This document shows positions 23,309 through 34,200 of a DNA stretch of 39,970 nt, in pieces (the stretch's first letter is position 1; the number at the start of each line of letters is the position of its first letter). Made by a program: the position numbers and the translations under genes. Source of the stretch: Klebsormidium nitens (Eukaryota > Plantae > Klebsormidiophyceae); contig DF237684.1 in NCBI GenBank assembly GCA_000708835.1, forward strand, positions 1 to 39,970, in the 5' to 3' direction. The notes below the pieces were generated by a model that saw nothing but the letters and a program-made list of their open reading frames with translations, had not been told where the DNA came from and did not search any database.

Positions 23309-24579
23309 CATCAAGAGTTGTACTCTCGGTTGTTATACCTATGAGAGAATCTAGGTACCGTCCTACAGCTGTCACCAACTTGCACATAATGCATCGAGGA
23401 GCGGGTACTGGTTAGATTTGCAACTGTATAACCGCCGTTCAGAAATCCCGAACCCGGCTCGCGAACTGAAAGATGCACGCGCGTGTTCAGCGCGCGCGCA
23501 GATCATCATGCTGCACTGGATCCTTCCGACAAATGTGCGCAACATAACCTTCCGAGTACCCACTCCTGCGCCCTCAACGTCAACATCTTTTGGACTCATG
23601 ATGGCTAAGAACATAGGATTGATGCACTCTGCAAGGCCTATATTTTGTTTTCGAGGCAGTAGGAACGAAACTCTTTGACGTACGTTTGGGGCATCTCTCC
23701 GCAAGAGATGCTGTGCCTTTAGGGAGCGAGTATCGACCAGCTTCTGTTCCCTGGTCTCTTCTTCCCAGCTAGATCCTGCAAAGCAGATTTCGATGCGTGG
23801 CACTAAGGCACTGAAGACGCTTCCTCATAAGAAGCCTGCCGCTAGAAAGCGCGATTACGTAAGGTTTTGCGGAGCAGATTTATAGACCGTGCACGTGACG
23901 CAGAGATAGCAGAGGGAGTTGATTGCTCAAGAAGGCGGTATCTCGTAGAGAAGGAGCAAAGAAGTTGCAAAGGAACGGCTGTTCATGAGGAAATACCTTC
24001 ACGATGCACGACAAATTACAACTTCTTGCCGGAGCAGCGAGTCTTTGGCTGAGTGCTTCACCTCTTTGAGTCAATGCTCGCGACTTCCTTGGCGGCTGCA
24101 TGTCCTCCAAAATACTTACACAACATTCATCAGCCCCGTTCTATCATAGTATGACGGGACAACAGGTATTTCGGTCTTCTTGGCTAAAATTAGTATCTGC
24201 GTTGTGCAGATCTATTCGCTTCCATGTTGGCTAGCTGTTCATAGCGGCGTGCGAATGCTCGATGCGCAAACGGGCTATACTACCTGATTGAAGCAGTGCA
24301 TCTCGTGCATCATCATGGTCGCTTCTTGACAAGGGTTGACGTTGTCAATGCATGCAAAGCAAGATTGGACGTTTGACGTGCAAAGATCAAGCAATGCTTC
24401 AATGAGTGTTTGACTCGCTTATCTGTAACTCCTGCTGTGTCTCTCGGATGAACGGCTCTACCGTCAGTAGCACGCGCCTACCGGGCCGCCAGCCTGCTTC
24501 GATACAAAATCAGTATCCTCCCTCTGTCACAGCTCAGGTTGTACCCTTACCGAATCTCCTCCTCCTGCTCTTTTGCATG

Positions 24580-25125
24580 TCAAGACAGAACGTTCGGAGG
24601 GCGTACGCTCCTGGACTTCGGTCTTCTTTCCCCTCCTTCCTTATAGCTCCTTGCTGTCCGGTTCGTGAATGCTTCTTGCTGGTGCCTTTCGACAGCGCCA
24701 TCTTTACCCGCTTCCTCCCAAGGCCACTTCTGCCCCTCAAAACCGCCCGGGTGATTACCCCGGCCGCAGCCAGCGTCCTGTGGAAGCGGCGAGTAAAATG
24801 TGCTCCCTGCCCGGGGAAAGCAAGCACGCGCATCCTGGCTAGTACATCTCGTCAAACAGAAGATGGCCCAACAGCCCAGGCAGGTTCGGAGACTGAAAGA
24901 AGCGCTTCTCTTCTTTTCCAGCATACGCCTTTCTAGCCTCCTTTGTGCCTCATCTCCAGGGAATTGCGCACGGCGCGGCGGGGTAGTTTTTCCTGCCTCC
25001 CGCTTTATTGCATCAACAAGAGCAGCTTCCTCAGTTGCTTGTAAAGGAGTTGGCTTGCCCTATTCCTCCCCCGCTTTGATTTGAGTGGCTGTTTTTGCCT
25101 GACCCGTTTCGAAAACGACAGCTGT
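24580..25125 (-). pseudogene. Coding-like segment of unknown identity between the Hog and receptor-like RING genes
   Basis: One frame is nearly open for ~180 codons (QAKTATQIKAGEE*GKPTPLQATEEAALVDAIKREAG...RRPKSRS) with one TAG. No domain recognised. Confidence 0.25.
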
Positions 25126-25295
25126 CAATCAAACCAAGAGCCCTCCGCGGGAGTGCTCACTCTTTCGCCCCCTGATGTTTTTCCCCATCTCAACGGCTAA
25201 GAGCAGCACAGCATCGCCAGTCCCTCACGGAGCGCCACGTGGCAGAACCACGTGAGCACACGGGTCCCATTTTCCAGGCTCTTCCCCGCTGCATT

Positions 25296-28200
25296 TCAAG
25301 CAAAAGCCGCGAAGAAGCGGCGCAGAATCCACTCTAGGGCTGCTCGCGGCACCAGGGCCGCGACCAACCGGGCAGGCAGCATCGCACGGTGGAAAGCCCC
25401 GAGGGACGGAGGGAAGGCGGTGGTGAACTGGAGAGCGGCCACCCGGTCGACTAGGATGGTCCCGCTCACAGTTTTGGGGCTGTACAACCCGGCAGGACGG
25501 ATGACGTCACGCTGACGACCGTGCTGGGCGCGAGCGAGGTTTGCCTTCCGGGGCCTTTGGACGTCCAGATAACGTCGCCAGGTTTTACGTCTGCGAAGGG
25601 CTTGATGGTCGCTTGCTGAATTGAGAGGGTAGATCGAGGGTCCGAGACCAGGATGTAATGGTTCGGAGTACCGCTGATGCTTACACCCGCGTCGGCTTCG
25701 AGGGAGACGTAAGTGGCCTGCAAAAGAGTTGAAGGATTGGTGTTTGATGTCCAGCAGTGGCATGAAGAGAAAGACTGATCTCTGCCACAAACAAGGGACA
25801 TCCCTTCTTGGTTCTTTGCAGTGCACGACAGCAAAGTCGTAGAAACTTGTCCGCCAGCTCTAGTTGATCTGGGGTAAGAGGCAAGTTTTGATCCCCCAAT
25901 GCTCAATGGTCCCGACAAAAAAGCATCATGAGTTGAGCATATGAAGCCTAGGGGCGGTGATGTGTCCGCCTCAAATTCACGCTTGCACTTTTGTTGTTTT
26001 CAAGTGTTTGATTGTTAGGCAAGCAGCGCCAATCTACGGGCCGGATGTTCAGCGCACAAAGGCACGTGGAATAAAGCGGAATCCTTTTGACGGTTCTGAT
26101 CATATCCGCAAACGAACGGCAACCGTTTGACTGCCTTTGCTGAGGACGACAACTTAAGTCCTAAAACGGATGAGAAGTCTTCTTTAACTAGAAAACCAGT
26201 CACAAGGTGCCTTCTACCCCTTTCCTTTCATTCGCGTGCTTTGTTTTCCTTTGAACACTTTTCTGTCAATTCTTTATTCAACTTATTCTTTACTTTCTTA
26301 GCACAATTCCGGCGGCTAAAGTCGTGCGACTTACCGTTTGGTTCAGGTGGTGCGTGAACCAGTACACGGGCTGTACAAACAGCTCGCCAGAGCTCGGGTC
26401 AAAGACAAGAACGGGATCGCCCAAATGGACGTCCGCCATTCTTTTCCAGCCGCCGTCCGCTAACGTCACAAAAGCGTCAGCGGGAAAGCAGCCACCCTTT
26501 TTGACCGGAAGGGGAGGTGCGGGGGGCGGCGGTGGCGGCGGGGCCGGGGGCGGGTTTGCGAAGCTCTCTAACGGGGGGTCAAAAAAGGGTGGTTCCGGGG
26601 GAGGAGTTTGCGGCGGCGGCGGCGGCGGCTGTGGGCGCTTGGAGGGCGAAGGCCCAAGCTGCGGGGGAGGGGGTTTACCGATAACGGACCAGGTTGGGTC
26701 CGAAACTACCTCTGTTTGCGCGCTAACGCCCCTCTCTTGCAGCGCGGTTGAGAAGGACCCTGAGTCGACAGACTCCGCGATTGCTGCGGCCTCTGAGGAG
26801 ACTGCGGCCGCGTTAGCTGCGGTTATGCTGATAACCACCTGCACACGAGCGCTAACCGTAGGGGTTTCGGTTACTTGAACGTCCGTCGGCGATAGACCGG
26901 AGGACTCGAAGGCAGCGCTGACTTTGCCGCTAGAAGCGCATCTCCAACGGCCTGCGCCACTTCCTTCGCTTGAGACCCGTCTGTACAGAGGATGCTGAAC
27001 AAAACCCTCAACCCTGGGGTTTGAAGCAACCCGCGTCGCCTCCCGCTCTCCGAGAAGCCGTCTATGGAAACGGACGAAGGATCGACATTTAGAGCGTACG
27101 ACACCCCATCGATGAACGCCTCTCTCCCGCCCCAGTCGGTCCAATCGTCGGGCGACACGTTGCCCAACACGCAGGAATGGTTAACGGCGAAGGTTATGCC
27201 GCTAATGACTACAGACCCCGGGTCAAGCCCGTTGGCTTCGGCAAGCGAGAGCGCGATGTCGTCGTTCTGGATCAGGTTCGCGTCCTCGAGGCTGGTTAAG
27301 GAAACCCCGACGTTAATCGACGCTGCGACAGCCGCGGCCGCGCTTGGGGAAGGCGACTGAGAGGGAGAGGGAGAAGGGGAGGGGCTGGCCTTTGGGCTTC
27401 GGCTGGGTCTCACTGAGGCGCGCGGGCTTGGCGAGGGGCTCTCTACCGGGCTCGAAGGAGTGCTCGGTGAGGGGCTCGGGGAAGGGCTTGAGACTGAGCT
27501 AGAAGAAGAGGGGCTTGGCACCGGGGAGAGAGACGGGCTTTCTACCGGGCTAGGAGAAGCGCTCGGGGAAGGGCTCGGGGCGGAGCTAGACGTCGGGCTT
27601 GGCACCGGGGAGAGAGACGGACTTTCTACCGGGCTAGGAGAAGTGCTTGGGGAAGTTTGAGGCGCAGCGCTTGAGGAAGGGCTCGGTTGAGGGCTCGAAG
27701 AAGCACTCGGGGAAGGACTACCGGGCGGAGAGGAAGCAACTGGGCTTGGCGACGGACTCGGGGAAGGGCCTTCGCTTTGACCTGCACTTGTTGACGGGCT
27801 ATCGGAAGGACGCATGTAGGGGCTGCTAGAAGGGCTCGCAATTGGGTCGGGGGATGCGCTCGCAATTGTGCTGGGAGATGGGCTGGCAACCGGGCTGCTG
27901 GAAGGGCTAGCAACCGGGCTGCTGGAAGGGCTAATAACCGGGCTGATGGAAGGGCTAGCAACCGGGCTACCGGAGGAGCTGGCAAACGGGTTTCTCGGGG
28001 GACTCGCAAACGGGCTGCTGGAAGGGCTGGCAAACGGGTTGCTCGGGACACTCGCAAAGGGGCTGCTAGAAGAGCTCGGAGTTGCGCTGCTTGAGGGGCT
28101 GGCAGCCGGACTGTTTGAGGGCCTAGGAAGCGGGCTGCTAGAGGGGCTTAAAAATCGGCTTGGGGAGGGACTGCTTGAGGGACTAGCAGAAGAGCTAGCC

Positions 28201-31200
28201 ACCGGGCTAGGAGATGGAACTGGGCTCTGCGAAGGGCTGGCGGTAGCACTGTTACCGAGCACCGAAACTTGGACGGCCGTTTCTGCGACGCGCCCGAAGT
28301 TGTCCGTCACAGAGAGCTTGAACGTGTAGTTGCCGGCTACCAAGCCTGACGCTCTCGCGGCCGGCAGGGTCGCATTCGAAAGCACTGAGGCGGGCCCCGA
28401 CACTTGCTCCCATGCATAGCAACTTGCCCGGGGCGGATCCCCGACCGCCCCCAGGAGCTTCCTCCGGGCCCTCGTGCACTGCCCGCGGTCCTCGCGAAGG
28501 GGTATGCAGCCACCATTATAATCATTATCAATGCAATACTTGCAACCGGGCGCATTGTAGCAAGCCCGCTCGCTGTTGGGACACTCGCAGAAGCAGTTCC
28601 ACCCGAGGTTGTTGTAGTTGCAGTTGAAGCTCTCCCAGCCAAACTGGCACGAGCACTTGTTGTTAGCCAGGCACGTGCCCCGGTTGTTGCAATTATAAGA
28701 GCACACGAAGGGGCTGCGTGAAGGGCTCGGTGAAGGGCTCTTGCTCGGGCTAGGAGAAACCGAGGCTTTGGGGCTGGGGCTTCTGCTTGGGGCAGGGCTA
28801 GGGCTTGGAACCGGGCTGGTGCTTGGAACCGGGCTGGCACTTAGACTCGGCTGTGGGTTTGAGCTGGCCCCCGGGGAAGGGCCCGGGGTGGAACTTGGGC
28901 TTGGCTGTGGGCTTGAGCTGGGCCCCGGGGATGGGCCCGGGGTGGGAGCCGGGGTAGCAGGCGTGCAATCTTTGCCGACGTATGAGTTGGCGCACAGAAG
29001 GACGAATGAGTTTCCGCTCGGGGCGCAGGACAGCTGACCGGGAGACGAGACGTTAAGGCAGGGGCTTGGAGGCAGTTCACACCGGGCCCCGCTGTAACCA
29101 GCCTTGCAGCGGCAGGCTGCGGCATTGACGGTGGTAATGCACTCTCCATTGGGGCCGCAGTCGACTCCGAAACACGTGGCACACTTGGACGAGCGCGACC
29201 CGTCGAGGAGGACCGAGGTTTCGGACGTCAACGTGATCTGTGCCGCAGGGACGCGCGCACGCGGGCCGGGCGCGGCAGGGCACGTGCTGCTCTCGTTGCA
29301 TTGCTGGGCCAATAAGCTCCAGGGTTGAGAATTGGTTGGGGTTGCAAGGCAGNNNNNNNNNNNNNNNNNNNNNNNNNNNNNNNNNNNNNNNNNNNNNNNN
29401 NNNNNNNNNNNNNNNNNNNNNNNNNNNNNNNNNNNNNNNNNNNNNNNNNNNNNNNNNNNNNNNNNNNNNNNNNNNNNNNNNNNNNNNNNNNNNNNNNNNN
29501 NNNNNNNNNNNNNNNNNNNNNNNNNNNNNNNNNNNNNNNNNNNNNNNNNNNNNNNNNNNNNNNNNNNNNNNNNNNNNNNNNNNNNNNNNNNNNNNNNNNN
29601 NNNNNNNNNNNNNNNNNNNNNNNNNNNNNNNNNNNNNNNNNNNNNNNNNNNNNNNNNNNNNNNNNNNNNNNNNNNNNNNNNNNNNNNNNNNNNNNNNNNN
29701 NNNNNNNNNNNNNNNNNNNNNNNNNNNNNNNNNNNNNNNNNNNNNNNNNNNNNNNNNNNNNNNNNNNNNNNNNNNNNNNNNNNNNNNNNNNNNNNNNNNN
29801 NNNNNNNNNNNNNNNNNNNNNNNNNNNNNNNNNNNNNNNNNNNNNNNNNNNNNNNNNNNNNNNNNNNNNNNNNNNNNNNNNNNNNNNNNNGTCTCGTTCC
29901 CTTTGAGGCACGTGCAGGTCGACTCGCACCAGCCGCAGCCGGCCCTGAGCGCGCAGTCGCGACACGTGGCGGCGTTTGAGAGGCTGCACGGGTCAGGGCA
30001 CGTGGCTGCGACGGTCGCCCAAGCGTACGGGAGCATCGCTGCGTCCGTGGGCTGAGAGCAGACACCGACGTACGGGCCCTGGTCGTCTCCAGGCCGACAC
30101 GCAGAATCGGTGTCACACCAACCGCAGCCTGCGGTTTCCGCACAGGCATGGCAGTCAAGAATCTGGGCGCAGTCGGAGCGAAGTATCGTCTGGCCAAGGG
30201 AAGGAGCGTCGAATCCAAAGTGGGCGATTGCTAACTCAGAGCCCTGCGCGAGGACTTGCACCGAGCCGACCCAGTTGGGAGCCCCGGTCACTTCGCACTG
30301 GAAGATTGCCCCGAGGTCCAGTATTTGGAGCCGCTGGTCGTAGTAAGACTGCCCGGAAGGAACAGCAGCGATCAGGAAGGGGAAGGACGCGCCAAAGGTG
30401 CCGACAACTGTTACGGAAGTTGCGGACGGCAAAGTAGAAGAGCTCCCAGCGCGGGAAACCGTTGTGACGAGGACCGTGTAGTTAGCCAAACCGCGGATGA
30501 TAACCGGACCGGTAGTGAGGGCCGTCTTTGTCCCGTTGGCGTCGCTGGATTGCAGCTGCACAGAAGGTGAAGCATTTGAGACGGGAATACAACAAACCCT
30601 GAAACCCTGAAACCCTAGATCCTCAAGAAGCTCGTCAACCTACGAGAAAGCTTGTTTGAAGGCGGTTCACAGCGACACTAAGAAGTCAATATTCCTTGTG
30701 AGAAGCTGCTTTCTCTACAACAAGTAAAGAAAAGGCGTACTGCAGAAAACGACAGGCTTCGATCAACAGATTCCGAACATGAGGAGTTGAGCCGCAAAAG
30801 CGAAAAGAGAACTTTCTGCCAAGGCTCGTTGAGAGTGTTTGACTTTCGGGAGCAAAGTTACCTGCAAAGACAGCAGTCCCGAGCGGATCTTGTTTGGAAT
30901 CTGAACGGTGAAGCTGCCGCTATTGGGCAGCGCATCGATTGGAACGCTGATCTGGGGCCCGTCATCCAACGGGTCGATGGAAGCCAGCTGGACGGTTGAC
31001 GGTGAAGCAGCCGACCGAGACATCCGCAATTTGACGCGCCCGTATTGGATGCCCCCAGTCCACGTGACATTGTACGTTTGGCCCGCCGTCCACACGTCCA
31101 GCGAAGCTGGTTGGCTAATGAACGGATCTACGTTTAGGCATGGGTCCACGTTGCAGGCCTCCTGAACAACACGTGGCACAAAATTATGAGCGGCCCATCG

Positions 31201-34200
31201 AGCACGTTGCTTTTAGACGGGCCAAGCATGATCAACGGAGGAGCTGCTGCGTGACAGTGGACTCCAGGTTCGGACGTCCAACGACTGTTTGCCTGATTTC
31301 AAATTCCCTCGCTTCTCTTTCTTTTACAGCTCGCCCTTTTTGAAGGACTCAATGCGAGGGGCATGTCCTTTTCGCTCTCTTCTGCAGTCAAGTCCTCAAC
31401 TTTGACACTCCTACGAGCTCTTGCACTGGCTGGCGACTTGAGAGCTTGACTGGCCTAAACAGAGGTTTCACTAGCTTTCTGGCCTGTTTGGCAATCAGTG
31501 CGCCTGATAAACATCCCTGTTCTTTCAGAGGACGCTCTACAAAGTCAGGAGCAGGAGTCTTGAGGACGAAGAAATAGCGGCAGGGTTGCATGTTTATCTC
31601 CTTGTCGATACACCTTCCTCTGTCTCTTTTCAATGGGACGTCCGCTTCATCGTCCGGCCCTGTCGATTCGGACATGCTGCACTTCCTTCTTTCATGCCAT
31701 GAAACGATGTAGTCTATGGCCGGGTAAAAACCATTGAAATAAAGAAATAATGAAAGAAAGCACTTTTTCTGTTATCTCTTCACGAAGCAGCACTGACCTG
31801 AGTGGGCGGCCGCGCGTCGCTGTCGCAGAGTGACACGTCAGCAAAGCTGCCGTCGGACGCTTTGCAGGCGAGGTCCCGCACGTGACTCCCGCCCCCGCAG
31901 TCCTGGGTGCACTTTTGCCACTCGCCCACCTGTAAGAAAGTGAAGAGCGGACGTCCTTTGCTCAGTTCCGGACGGCATGGCTCTAACTCACGCTTATCAT
32001 CACAACGAGCGTGTGCATTATCAGCCGTTGAGAGCCAATAGATCGTGGAATCCAGGCCGTTGCTTGATCCAGCAAGGACGCCTCTCTTCAAAAAGGATTG
32101 CCGCTCGTTTTATGGTTGGGTTTTTGCTTCATTCTGGCCTTAGACAGCAAGCAAACAATTCTTAAGGATCACGTGCGCAATCATATGTGAGCATTCCTGC
32201 GTCTTGGAAGACGGGTTTTCTTTTCACATGCAAGTCCCCTCTCTGACATGTCTCCCCCTTTCTTAAAGTTTTGGAGGTTTTCCCATAAAGCGAAAGGAAG
32301 CAAGAAGACACCGGAAACAAGCAGTACAAAAAGATCATCTTCGAATCTTGAACTTTGATGCATCTTCGACTTTGGACTGACGATGTGAGAATGTTGAGGC
32401 TTACCTGCCAGGCATACGTCCTGCACGGCTGCGTATTACATTCGTAATACGTATTGGTGACGCTCGTGCTAGGATCCGGCCCGCAGTAAAAGTCCTCGCA
32501 CGTCCGGTCGTCCCTCCGTCCGTTCCACATGACGTAACCCTTACAAGCGAACTTGCGCCACTGGGTGCCGCCTCCGCAGGAAGCGCTGCAAGGCATCTCG
32601 GAAATCACGACCCACTGCGCTTTGTTTGTGCAGCCGTCATCGCAGTAGAGCCTGCAGGACCAAGAAAGATAACAGAATCTTGGTCCTCCAGATGTCAGAA
32701 TCTGCTTCTAGTCGCGCTCCATCAAACGACTTAGAGCACCTCTCAAAAAATACCGCAATGAGTAGGCTTGCAGGACTCAAAACCGAAAGACTGGGAGATC
32801 TAGCACCCTGAGGTTTCAGACTGAAGCAGGTTCGTACGCTTGACAAAAGAGAACACCGACCACATGGTTGTAGCTCTTCACGCATCCAGCCCGCTTCGAA
32901 ACAAGGGCTCAAAAAGGGGAGAGCGAAAGGAGAAGTTGCGAAATTGACAAAAAAAACTTCGTTCGTAGAGCTCCTTTCAGCTGAGTACATTCTCAAAGAG
33001 TAGGCTCAGAGAGTAATTTTGAAGCATCCTCTTATCTGACGGTCAAGAGTGCAGCTTAGAGTCGTGACCTGAAGATCTCCGTCAGGCCCACAAGATTAGA
33101 CCGAAGACGGAAATTCTTATGCCTGTGTCCTGTTTCGGACTTATTGTTCATGGAGAGAGACTTATTCCTCATGAAGAGGGAATCATGGTTCATGAAGAGA
33201 GGCTTATATTCGATGAAAGGGAGACTTATGGTTCATGAAGAGAGACTTATTTTTGATGAAGGAAGACTCACCCTTGCTTCCTGCAGCATTCTTGGTAGCC
33301 GTTGCCCCGCGTGTCGCAGCCGAACGTGGTCTGGGTTCCATACCGGAGACTCGTGGCAACCATTCCGCAGAAGAACGTTCCGTCTCCGTTCGACTTACAG
33401 GAGCAAGCGGAGCAAGAGTAGCCGCTCCCCGACTGACACAGCGGGACGTTGGGGCACTGCACGCACGCCTGCGCGTTGCAGCTCGCGCTCACGGAGGGCC
33501 TCGTGCCCGGGTTGCATAAGCTGGCGTCAACGGTGGTGCCGTTGAGCGCATTTACGCAGCTTGTAGTGCGCGTTCTCACACCGCCCCCGCACTCCTTGCT
33601 GCACGGCCCGAAGTCCCCGGTCGTCCAGACGTAGCCACTCATGTCCAGCCCGCCGTAGACCGCAAAGAAGTCACTGAACGCAAAGTTTCCCAAATCCTCA
33701 TCGGACGCCAGCAATAATTCGAAAGCTCTGCTCGTCGGCAGGCCGCCGTCAATCGCCCAGTAGAACGAGCCCGTGTTGGGAATGCTCGCGAGCGGGATGC
33801 CGAATCCCGAGAAGACGTCCGCGCTATTGTCGAAGCGGTAGCGCAGGACCACGTTGCCCCCGAGGGGACCCCCCGACCACTGCACGGTGAAGCCCTGGCC
33901 TGCCCGGAGGGTGTTTAAGGAGGTTGGGCGGGTGAAGGCAATCTGCTGCTCCTCCAGGGCGCAGCGATTCGTCCACCAGTCACTCGGCAGAGCGCTGCTG
34001 CAGGCGCTCTGCGATTTGAGGCACGTGCCACTGCTCGCGCACCAGCCGCAGGAGGCGCCCCCGGTGAGGCACACCGGGCAGTCTTTGAGGGCCTTGCAGG
34101 GGTCGGTAGAGGCGCAGTCCCCGCCGTCGAAGTTGCACTCCGGCAGGTTGCAGGCTGCCTCGCACGTGCCGTCTCCCAGGGAGCTCGAACGGCACGTGCT

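Noticed and set aside
24534-24833. RVLAFPGQG resembling the malonyl-CoA:ACP transacylase FPGQG motif
   Set aside because: Nothing else in the ORF matches (no GHSxG), and a different frame looks more coding-like. Probably coincidental.
22458-25296. Fusion of the Hog gene and the receptor-like RING gene into one transcript
   Set aside because: The downstream gene has its own ATG and signal peptide, and the Hog gene has a stop after the Hint/SRR region.
33138-33270. CRISPR-like array (also considered for 16340-17045)
   Set aside because: The units are contiguous and degenerate with no unique spacers, no cas genes are present, and the context is eukaryotic.
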